From Octopus bimaculoides (Eukaryota), in the NCBI RefSeq assembly GCF_001194135.2, contig NC_068983.1:129874117-129935156 (forward strand): a stretch of DNA of 61,040 bases, given 5' to 3'. The notes below the pieces were generated by a model, which saw nothing but the letters and a program-made list of their open reading frames with translations, did no database searches and was not told where the DNA came from. Position numbers and translations under genes: made by a program. The stretch's first letter is position 1, and every line of letters starts with the position of its first letter. Positions 24,278 through 34,799 of this stretch are shown piece by piece.

Positions 24278-27249
24278 TATATCACCACTGTTGTCAACAT
24301 TATCCAATTTTTTTTTTTATCTTTAAAAGATCAGCCAAACTCATCGGTGTCATTTTGACTTCCGTTCTTTACGTACTGCATTGCAATTTGTATTTTATTT
24401 TCGAAAGGTTTACAGATTTGATTGAGTTCATACAAAACAAATATCTTTAAGCGTCGACTAGGTTAAAAAGGATTAATAGACTTACTGTTTGATGAATTAG
24501 GAAACTTGAATCAAAATTATTGAATTTCAGTTGTAGCATGTATGATAGAATCATAACATAACCTGTAGATCTAGAGTGTGATTTAAGGAATATATATTTG
24601 TTTCTGACTGCCTTAACGCTGAATTAGTGTGTTTTTGTTCTAACTTTGAGTAGAACCATATAGTGGGCCAAATCGTTTAGATATCATCTTTGCATAATCA
24701 CGCAATACTATTGTAATCGTGTATGTGAATGTTTGCGATTTGTAAAGGTGTTTTTTCCTTTGCATGTTTGTTTATGTATGGGCACATATAAAGCCTATTT
24801 TCGCCTGATGTTACATGATTTCTCATGCCTTATGTATTAGATTGTTCCTTTAAAGTCAATACATTACATCTAAAAAAGGATGTCTCCTTCAATGTTTGCT
24901 CTAAAACCTAGATGTATGCCCAGAAAAATAACTTATTGAAACCAGAAACAGATAACGAATGTAATGTGCGCGTGCATTTTGCTGTAGATGTCTATATACA
25001 TTAGTGAGTTTGTGTGGATTCTTATATTTTAATATTTTTTTGTAAATTACACAAATCGCTTTTCTATTTCTCAACAGTTATATTCATACATAAACCTACT
25101 CAGAAACACTTTGTCACATAATTCTTCATTTTGAAGATGTATAGCATACGTTCTTTATTATGTTCCATCATCTATCACCTGAATTAATTACATACTTATT
25201 GAATTAGGATGTAAGTAAATGAGCCTTTGTCCCTCTTAACATAGTTCTCATACAAAATGATCGGGCACAATGTGAAGCAAACCAAAAACGTTGAATTAGC
25301 CTTAGAATTCATCTGAGATGTCTTATAGATCCTTCTGTGCTCCAGTTCACTCGTAAAGCAGGTGTAGATCCTGTCTAACGGAAAATTAAAAAAAATCCTT
25401 AGTGCGGGAGAATGAAATCGAAACCCAGCCGACAGTTTTGCGAAGTATATTCCATCACTATGAGGTATTTCTGCTTATTTGCAGAAACAGTCACGCGCAT
25501 AGTTTTGGCACGGACTTCAAGTTTCACATGAATGCTCATACAACCATTCAATGAAACTACATTGGTAATATATTCGACACTGTCGTTAGTACAGAGTGTT
25601 ACAGTACATATTGTAATCATATTTTAAAATGAATATCTAAGAAATCACTAGTATATTGATTAACCTTATTTATCAAAGAGCTGAAATGTCATAAAAAAGT
25701 ATTTAAGGTGGAGAGAAACAACTATGAACCTTATGAATGCATTCGTAATTTCACTCAAAAAGCGTTATAAGAAGGCAAGTAAACGAAATTGTGAAAACGG
25801 AAATATCATCTTACTTATAGCGGGAATAAATATGCTTTCTGTTTCTATGTCATTGTCGTAGCAAAAAGGTCAAATTAATTAGGTATAAAAGAATTTGCAC
25901 GATTGAACACTGAGTACTGTGTATTAATGACAACTGAATTATGAAGAGAAAGAAAATAAAATATCTAAATTTATATAATATTTTTTTAAAGTGCCATGTT
26001 AAAAAATTTCATTAATTATATATTAAACCGCTGCGATAAAAGGTCACAGTTAAAAAGATTTTCCTCCAATGCTGTCTTGACTACATTCATAGTTATCCAG
26101 ATACCGCATTCCAGGCTCCTGATAAAAAAAAATAAAAAAAATAAAAATTGTGTACATTTTCAGGATTGCTACTTGCAAAATGTCTGTCTATCGTTTTAGG
26201 CATCGGCATCTATTGAAAAGAAATGTGAATGCTACTTTTTCCCACACTCTAGTGCAGTCCTAGAGAGATGTGAGATGAAATCTGTATAGTATTTTTCCTT
26301 ACTAAGACAGATATTCCAAACGTATATTCTCCCTCTTTGTTTCCGTGCTCCAGAATTAGTCTAGCGGCATGTCTCTTAATCAGTGACTAAGTTCATATGA
26401 TGCTTTTCTCATCTTAGTATTAAAAAATCCTTCGACTAAATTTTTTATCAAAGATATATACTGGCGCCTACTGAAAAGTAAAACATAAAGGAATAGTCAT
26501 ATTTAATATAACTACAAATAAATATTATTTAAAATGTAGCTATGCCTAACTTGATAGACGGTTTTGTACAATACTGCATAATTATAAGAGTTATTACTTT
26601 AGATTGTTTAAATATGAATTTGTACAGGAATATTTTTTAACTTTAAAGTAAAGTTATTGACATAGAGTAGGAAAACAGAGCTAAAGATTAATGCTATTAT
26701 GGCGCTTTAAATTAATGTAAATACTAATCTCCAGCCCAAAGATGTTATACATTAATATGAATATTGGTAAATGTATCAAGGAGATAGATTGTGTACAATT
26801 AGATAAAGACTGGATTGGGTTAATCCATCTATCAAGATCTCCAATTATTTCGGACAAATAACTCTCTCAAGTTTTGTTGAGCGAGACAAGAGAAGTCTTT
26901 TTTCTTACAAAATCACGTTTCCGGCCCAAATATCTTAACTGTCCAATAACTTACGTAACGTAACTTGAAAAGTAACTTGATACAAATAACCAAAACTTCT
27001 CTATTAAAAATAATCATTTCTCGACTGAAAGGTAAATTTCCCGTTCCTCCCGTTAAAATAAATATCAATAATTTGCATTCTAAAAGTTTACAATATAACT
27101 CATCTATTGTCGATTTCTTGCTGAAGACATGATCACAGGGCACTAGAAATCAATGCAGTAGTTCGTACCTGTAACCTGCAATCACAGAGTTAAAGAAGTA
27201 AATATAGTCTGAACAGCAGTATCCTAATTTTCATTCTGTTGTTGACGAT

Positions 27250-28140
27250 GAATATCGCGAAGATGCAATTAGATGATTAAAACAATATTGATCATTTAGG
27301 AGTATGAATTTGTGTCTAAATGTGGTTGTGAAAGTAGTTATTTTAGTCGTAATAGTGACTGCGTATGGGCTACTGATAATTCTTTCTACGCTTGGCACTA
27401 CTGTTAATGATGATATTGTGGACGATAACGATCATGGTGATTGTTCTGCTGGTTATATGAGTCTGAACCTTAAGTATAAAGATGTGAGGAATATGATGTC
27501 AGTGTTAATGATGACAATGACGATGATGATGCCGACGACGACGGCTATGACGACGCCAATGATGATGAGGTGATTATAAGATTAATGGTCCTGTAGCCGA
27601 TGATGTTGATGTTTCTTCTGCTGCTCCTGCACCTGATGTTGATGACTATATAAGTGTAAGAACGATAAACGGCCGCATAATTACCAGCAAAGTATCATTA
27701 CTAATAACGTTATCGTTACTAACATCATCTTCAATATAGACAACATCGTTATCACGAATATCATTGTAATTGTCACGAACACAACAAATATTATGGCAAT
27801 AGTAATCTTCATCATCAGCATCATTGCCATTATCGTCTTCATCAACTATAATTTATATCACCGGCATCATTAATAATCATACAATGTATATCACCACCGC
27901 CTTCATCATGTTCAGCATGGTCAGGAACATCTTCTTTGTCAGGGCAACATCATCATTATGTCTCTAACTCGTCATTCTTTATTTTTCAAATTTAACATCA
28001 ACATCTTCAGTCATCATTATCAAATTTATCACCATTACTAATTTTGTCGTCAGCAACAACAACATCATCATTGTTATCATCATCGACATCAAAACCAAAA
28101 TATTCAGCACCATCCACATTATCAACATCACAAACATTAT
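27250..28140. repeat. Degenerate (GAT)/(CAT) low-complexity region
   Basis: GAT/ATG-rich to about 27660, then CAT/ATC-rich. Confidence 0.7.
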
Positions 28141-28235
28141 AACTATACAGTTCTATATTTAAGAGATGAGGAACTATGTACATTATTTACATTGTTTACA
28201 TTTGACGGATATTTGTCCTCATTTTGTTTGTTATT

Positions 28236-28284
28236 AACACAACGTTTCGACTGATATACTCTCCAGCTTTCATCAGGTGTGTTT
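28236..28284 (-). ncRNA. Minimal type I hammerhead ribozyme-like motif (degenerate stem II)
   Basis: Minus strand: acac-CUGAUGA-a-agcugg-agaguaua-ucaguc-GAAA-CG-UU-gugu. Stem I is 4 bp, the core is intact, and the pair at 10.1-11.1 is mismatched. Confidence 0.55.
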
Positions 28285-28336
28285 GGAAAACTTCGAAACT
28301 GAGTTCTCATTCCGAAGGTATTTTTCGTTGTTGCTG

Positions 28337-28370
<34 letters not shown>

Positions 28371-28371
<1 letters not shown>

Positions 28372-29245
28372 TTATGTTTGACTTTTGTTTTGCATTTGTA
28401 CAAGTTGGATCCAAGTCTCACACAGAGACCTCAAGAGACAACAAGTTAGAAGTTCATGTAGGTGTTATGCCTAGGGTACCATATATTTGGATTTGTACAG
28501 TTTTGTTCAAGTGAATGTTTAAGAAACCATAAGAAAAGTATGTGTTTGCTTTAAAATTTGAGATCACATAGACAGTATTTTACGTAGGATATGGGCAGTT
28601 CCCATGAGCACTATCTTTTGAACTTCAGCCATTTTGGGGTTTCCTGGTATCTGAGCTAGGNNNNNNNNNNNNNNNNNNNNNNNNNNNNNNNNNNNNNNNN
28701 NNNNNNNNNNNNNNNNNNNNNNNNNNNNNNNNNNNNNNNNNNNNNNNNNNNNNNNNNNNNNNNNNNNNNNNNNNNNNNNNNNNNNNNNNNNNNNNNNNNN
28801 NNNNNNNNNNNNNNNNNNNNNNNNNNNNNNNNNNNNNNNNNNNNNNNNNNNNNNNNNNNNNNNNNNNNNNNNNNNNNNNNNNNNNNNNNNNNNNNNNNNN
28901 NNNNNNNNNNNNNNNNNNNNNNNNNNNNNNNNNNNNNNNNNNNNNNNNNNNNNNNNNNNNNNNNNNNNNNNNNNNNNNNNNNNNNNNNNNNNNNNNNNNN
29001 NNNNNNNNNNNNCAGTATGATGTCTGGGCTATTTGCGTCTATCTTTCTGTCAGTTTGAATGGTGAAGTTCCAGAGGAGTGCAATGTGATCATTTTCAAGT
29101 ACTGGGGGTGGTTTGTGTTCCCACCAGTTTTTATCATGGGGCAAGTCCAGGTTTTTGCATATTACCCAGTGAATATATTGTGCAGCTCTATCATGCCTGT
29201 TGAGATACTCTGTAGGTGCAAGCAGACTGTACATGGAGACAACAA
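28371..29245 (-). mobile_element. 5'-truncated R4/Dong-like retrotransposon (RLE end plus 3' UTR)
   Basis: Translation gives SLLAPTEYLNRHDRAAQYIHWVICK...WEHKPPPVLENDHIALLWNFTIQTDRKIDANSPDIIL; after the gap, VQKIVLMGTAHILRKILSM*. (AAT)n lies on both sides. Confidence 0.92.
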
Positions 29246-29326
29246 TTATTATTATTATTGTCACTGCCTGGAATCGAACTCAGAATCTCGGGGTGGGTAG
29301 TACGCGCACTTAACCACTAGTCCCAT

Positions 29327-29416
29327 GAGCATATGGCGTAGTGGTTAAGATTGCGGGCTACTAACCCCAAGATTCCTTGTTCAAATCCAGGCAGTAACCT
29401 GATTAATAATAATTAC

Positions 29417-29481
<65 letters not shown>

Positions 29482-29642
29482 TAATAATAAAATCGAAAAA
29501 TACATTAGGAATGAGAATCCAGGCTGGAAATTTCCCCAAGACCCCTGATGAAGGTTGGAGGGCATATCAGCCGAAACGTTGAGTTAACAACAAACAAGAT
29601 GAGGAGAAATATACGTCAAAAGTAAATAATGTAAATAATGTA
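29327..29642 (+). mobile_element. tRNA-headed SINE with (AAT)n spacer and hammerhead-bearing tail
   Basis: A-box TGGCGTAGTGG (29334-29344), B-box GTTCAAATCC (29379-29388), (AAT)n at about 29404-29490, and tail 29494-29642. Confidence 0.85.
29540..29585 (+). ncRNA. Minimal type I hammerhead ribozyme-like motif
   Basis: gaccc-CUGAUGA(29545-29551)-a-gguugg-agggcaua-ucagcc-GAAA(29573-29576)-CG-UU-gaguu. Stem II is 6 bp, stem I has one mismatch, and stem III is the palindrome ACGU. Confidence 0.6.
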
Positions 29643-32176
29643 TTATAACTATAATCAACATCAGCATAAGCAGCACTGCAAACAACAATAACGAATGTAT
29701 TTTAACCCTCACGACTATTCGTATTATTTGATCGTTGTCGGGTGAGAGAATATGCACGGAATATTATTGAATGCAAATTCACATTTCTTCAATGGTTGTG
29801 ATTACGTCAATAGAAACTACTGTTTCAGATTGAAATTATAATTACTAGTTCTTGGATCCAATATCGTTCAGGTATTATGTAGCAAAGAGCAGTAAAATCA
29901 AGTCAAAAATTTAACAGCCGACTTTACATCATGTACTTGTCCTCAGATTGGCTCCGGGTGTATTAATTCCGTTTGATTGTTTTCTCCTTTTCGTTCTTCA
30001 CTAATAACATAAAAAAAAGCATTTATCACCGCTAACGGGATCATCGAAACAAATGTTTTCGTTTACCCACTTATTTATCGACTAGATGCTACTTAATGTT
30101 AGTCAGTCATTTTATCAAAGTTAAATAGGAATTTTGTCTGACCATTCAATGTACTATTTGAAGTAGTTTATTATGTTGTTAAATTTATGTTGAGTTTACG
30201 TTATTCTCTTGGATATTTTAGCAGATATCAGCTAAACAGTGTATTTCACGCAATCCCACACAAAATAACATTATTCTGCTTTTGTAACATTTCAAGTAAT
30301 AGTTCTGCACGCCTTTTAAAATCGCTTGTATAAATGTACAATACGAAATTAACATATTTTTAAACGACGTTATAGTCTATGTTCGTGTATATTTAATTTG
30401 ATTTGTATAAAAGTATATAACGAAACAAGACGGATTAATATCATTAGAGTACAGAATAACTTAAACTAATAGAAGTTGTGAAGAATCGACTTCAAACAAC
30501 GGTGGACGCACGGATATTGTACTCTCAAAAATAATTCTAGAAGAGAGTGAGATATAAAATTTTAGGAATAGAGACTGTAATAGTAAATGGATTGTAATCG
30601 TATTTTGATTTTACCTAGATCTGTAAGAAGATATTTAAGCAAAATCTTTTCATAAATTCAACTCAATGACACATAAACATTGAAAACTTCGAGAGGTTAA
30701 TTTTACTTGCTTCAATTTCTGAATATGTATTCACGGAATTTCTAGATTTTATTGCTGTTTCAGCCTCATCCAATCAATCCATGATAAAGTCATTGGAGGC
30801 ATGAGAAGTCCACGTTTTTGTGATATATAGATGATTAAATGATGGGATATATCACTTCAGTAAGGTATGTCATAAGGGAATTTAATCTATTATATTTGTC
30901 TTGCTATTCGACCACGTTATGCCTATTTTTGGTACATGATTATAAGCTCGCATCTGTGTCAACTCTTTTAAGGTCAGCGCAATATTTTGCGGATCACTTA
31001 AAATTTCATTCCTACGGTAGTATATTTATTACCACCTAACAATTGTAATGAATTATTTATGTTCATATATTATTCTTAATTCAATGTATCTCCTAATATT
31101 AAGAATACCTAGGACTAAGGATAACACAAACTCTCACAATTTTGTTCCCTGATTCCTAATAACAAATCCATAACTCATCGAGATATTCCAATTCGTATCT
31201 TAGAAGGACATCCCTGAAAAGTTTAACAGCCGATATGCTTAAAGAAGATAACTTTTCGAAGAAAGCTGTGGACTGTATCAAAGATGTATATTGATAGATC
31301 TCATTGGTCATCGAGAAGGCAATAAAAATTTATGAAAAGATTGATATGAAATTTATAAGGCACATATAATTTAATAGTTCTTTGTATACAGGATCATTGA
31401 AAATAAATGACTGGTGAGCCAACAGGAGAGATTCAAGGGGCTACACATTATGCTACAAAATATATTATCAGCCAATTTTGTGATTACAGAAAGAGAATAA
31501 ATGATAATGTACACCCAAGCATTCTTTAGTTTGTAAAGTCGTTTAAAAATGAGATTGGCATTGCATTAGAAAAAAAAAACCCACTTATTTATGCATTGGG
31601 CAATCCGCACATATCCGAGTATTAAGAACCTACATTGCTTGAAATAAGTGTTACATAAATTGAAAGGGGAAGTAGCCACTCCATGACCGTCTCTAGTAAT
31701 GCGTCTACGTTAGGTTTCGTCAGTGGTGATTGCTGGAACGGCTGATCGTCCGCTAATTCTGTCTGCCATAAACATCGCTGGACTTGAAATGCTAAAGCGC
31801 ATAATTAAAATTAATATAAAGAGCAAGACGCCATGGGATACAACATAAAGACACTGAATGTGACCAAGTGAGCCCACGCACCTACATTGCTAGTAGTAAG
31901 AGTTAGTAAATGATTGCAAATATATACATACACAGGCAGGGAAGGTATGCTCTTACGTTATAGGCGAGACTAGGCTTAATCTGGTGATTATATATANNNN
32001 NNNNNNNNNNNNNNNNNNNNNNNNNNNNNNNNNNNNNNNNNNNNNNNNNNNNNNNNNNNNNNNNNNNNNNNNNNNNNNNNNNNNNNNNNNNNNNNNNNNN
32101 NNNNNNNNNNNNNNNNNNNNNNNNNNNNNNNNNNNNNNNNNNNNNNNNNNNNNNNNNNNNNNNNNNNNNNNNNNNN

Positions 32177-32219
<43 letters not shown>

Positions 32220-32784
32220 GAAGAAGGAAGAAAGAGAGAGTAAGAAAGACAAATTTTTAAAAACACAAAAGATATGATTTACACGAATTAGAGTATATTA
32301 GAGCCGGGATAAAGATATAGAATTTTGTACTAAATAAGGCTTTGTTCTTTCAACGTAATTGTAGTAAGGACCGGTTTCGCATTGATTATCAAGCTGAGAT
32401 TTGAAAGCGATAAATTGCTAGGGGAAAAATATTTTGCTAGTGGGAGATAATTGATCACTCCTTTATTTTGCAGTTAAATATAGGTAAATCTAAATTATTT
32501 TGTGTTCTCTACTTTATCTTCCATTAGATGGAGTAAGTTCTATATTTTTAATACGGGTTCATATCTAATTCTCTTTTATATTTTTGGGTAAATGAGGTTT
32601 TATACAGTCTAAATTGTGTTGAGATACAGATGGCAAGTTGATAAAATGGGAAAATTACGAATTGTGGTTCTAATCGTTTTGCAAACTCGTCAATGAGTTG
32701 ACTGAGCTTAACTTGGCGACATTGTGGGGAGGACATTTGTCGTCGGTGGGCGTACATCTCTTTTGGAGCGGTTTTCTTGTTGAG

Positions 32785-32991
32785 CCAATAGTTTCGATGG
32801 CAGCCCGAGCACCTTATTATATAAAGGAGGTTTTGGGAGGCGCAAGTGTAGTTAGATATGATTTTGATTATTAGTCATTGTCTGACATGGAATTCTGATC
32901 CTTCAAATAGGTTGGGACGTGTTTCGCAATTAGGGCGACCACACTTTACTACTTTTACGTCGGCTGTTCTAGAGAATCGTTTGGCATTGGT
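32785..32991 (+). promoter_or_regulatory. Candidate Pol II core promoter and first exon
   Basis: CCAAT at 32785, TATATAAA at 32818-32825, an Inr-like TAGTT with A at 32850 (32 bp after the TATA start), and the donor ttg/gtgaga at 32990. Locally CpG-richer. Confidence 0.3.
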
Positions 32992-34081
32992 GAGAATGTC
33001 TTGAATATATTAAGCTGTTCTCTGCTCTAAATCAGTTTATGGTTATGCAGACTCTCTTTAAGTTTGGGGTAAGAAAGTGAAGAAAAAAAAAACGAAAAAT
33101 ATAAAAAATACAGAATTACCTCCCCTATACTGCAAAATAAACGAATGAACAATTATCTCCCCTAGCAATATTTTTCTCTCTAGTAATTTATCTCTTTCAT
33201 CTTTCACTTTGATGGCGAATGCAAAACTGGTCCTTACATCAATTATGTTGAAAGAAAGAAACCTTATTTTGGAGCTCTACGGATATAGTGTAGGATGCTA
33301 ATTGTGAAAACGAAATTGATTTTTGCCATTAATTAATAAATTTAAAATTCATAGCTTTTAAAATTTGTATTTTAGTTAATTGTAGTTACTCGAAAGCCAC
33401 ATACACGTTTTAATCGTAACAAGCAAAGATGTAGTCCGTTTAAAACTACCGCCATGTCCATTGTTTTTACGTGTCAGATTGTTTCTGAGGAGTGCCTACA
33501 TCCTGAAAGTTTCTACCTCGTTTTGGTCATTTACGAATATCCCTTCTTTTCTTTTTTAAGTGTAGAGTATTCCTTATGNNNNNNNNNNNNNNNNNNNNNN
33601 NNNNNNNNNNNNNNNNNNNNNNNNNNNNNNNNNNNNNNNNNNNNNNNNNNNNNNNNNNNNNNNNNNNNNNNNNNNNNNNNNNNNNNNNNNNNNNNNNNNN
33701 NNNNNNNNNNNNNNNNNNNNNNNNNNNNNNNNNNNNNNNNNNNNNNNNNNNNNNNNNNNNNNNNNNNNNNNNNNNNNNNNNNNNNNNNNNNNNNNNNNNN
33801 NNNNNNNNNNNNNNNNNNNNNNNNNNNNNNNNNNNNNNNNNNNNNNNNNNNNNNNNNNNNNNNNNNNNNNNNNNNNNNNNNNNNNNNNNNNNNNNNNNNN
33901 NNNNNNNNNNNNNNNNNNNNNNNNNNNNNNNNNNNNNNNNNNNNNNNNNNNNNNNNNNNNNNNNNNNNNNNNNNNNNNNNNNNNNNNNNNNNNNNNNNNN
34001 NNNNNNNNNNNNNNNNNNNNNNNNNNNNNNNNNNNNNNNNNNNNNNNNNNNNNNNNNNNNATATATATATATATATATATA

Positions 34082-34636
34082 AGCAATAATAAATCCCTGA
34101 GCGAGATATAAATAGTAACAGCACGGAATCATGAAGTATATTTACCACCTAAATATTGCGGACCAATAGGGGACGATGCTAGTTTTGTTTATAGCTACTA
34201 CAGGAAAACACTTTCTCCAGCTGGCTAACGACACAACGTCTGGGCCGGATTAGTATTTGCGAGTTTCCGGGTAGCAACCTGTCATCAGCGTGTGACAACG
34301 AGCAGCTAGTGATGCGAACTCTTCCAAATATAAAATATTATATGCTTGTTCTAGTGACAAACTGTCGCTGATCTCGAAAACGGAGAAACAAGCAATAATA
34401 TATCTTTGAGCCAAATGTAAGAAGTAGCAGTGCGGAATCGTGAAGTATATTTATCAACTAAAGGTGGTGGGTGCATAGGGGACGATGATACTGTTGTTTA
34501 TAGCCCCAGGAAGACATATAAACACCGGTAGCATTGTCCCCTATGGGTCCGTCACATTTAGGTGTCAAATATACTTCACGATTCCGGGCTGCCACTGTTT
34601 ATATCTCGCTCAGAGATTTATTATTGCTTGTGTCTC
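34082..34636. mobile_element. MITE-like element: about 110-120-bp unit in three copies, the last two forming a 255-bp palindrome
   Basis: The unit aagcaataataaatc.ctgagcgagatataaa...ggaatc.tgaagtatattt...ataggggac occurs at about 34082 (+), 34390 (+) and inverted ending at 34630. The arms of 34382-34636 meet at a 14-nt loop. Confidence 0.75.
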
Positions 34637-34799
34637 CTTTCTCAAAATAAGCCACAGTCTGTCACTGGACAAAGGATATACAAAATTATTATTTTTAAAT
34701 CTCCCAACGAGAGATATTCAGCAACAGAACTGTGGAGTAAATATTATTTGCCAACATAACATGACAGTCCTGGTTTAGGACGAACCTTGCTGTAATCTC

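Larger units (their letters stand above)
28163..29327 (-). mobile_element. tRNA-headed SINE with (AAT)n spacer and hammerhead-bearing tail, split by a Dong-like insertion
   Basis: The head (revcomp 29260-29327) carries the B-box GTTCGATTCC. The tail 28163-28330 is the reverse complement of the tail at 29494-29642 (high similarity by eye). Confidence 0.8.

Noticed and set aside
25399-25620. 73-aa minus-strand ORF
   Set aside because: No recognisable motif or convincing splice sites.
27304-27573. 89-aa ORF with a hydrophobic N-terminus and Met/Thr/Asp runs
   Set aside because: Explained by GAT/ATG low-complexity sequence.
29260-29400. tRNA genes
   Set aside because: A and B boxes are present, but there is no complete cloverleaf or acceptor stem, and the heads run into SINE bodies.
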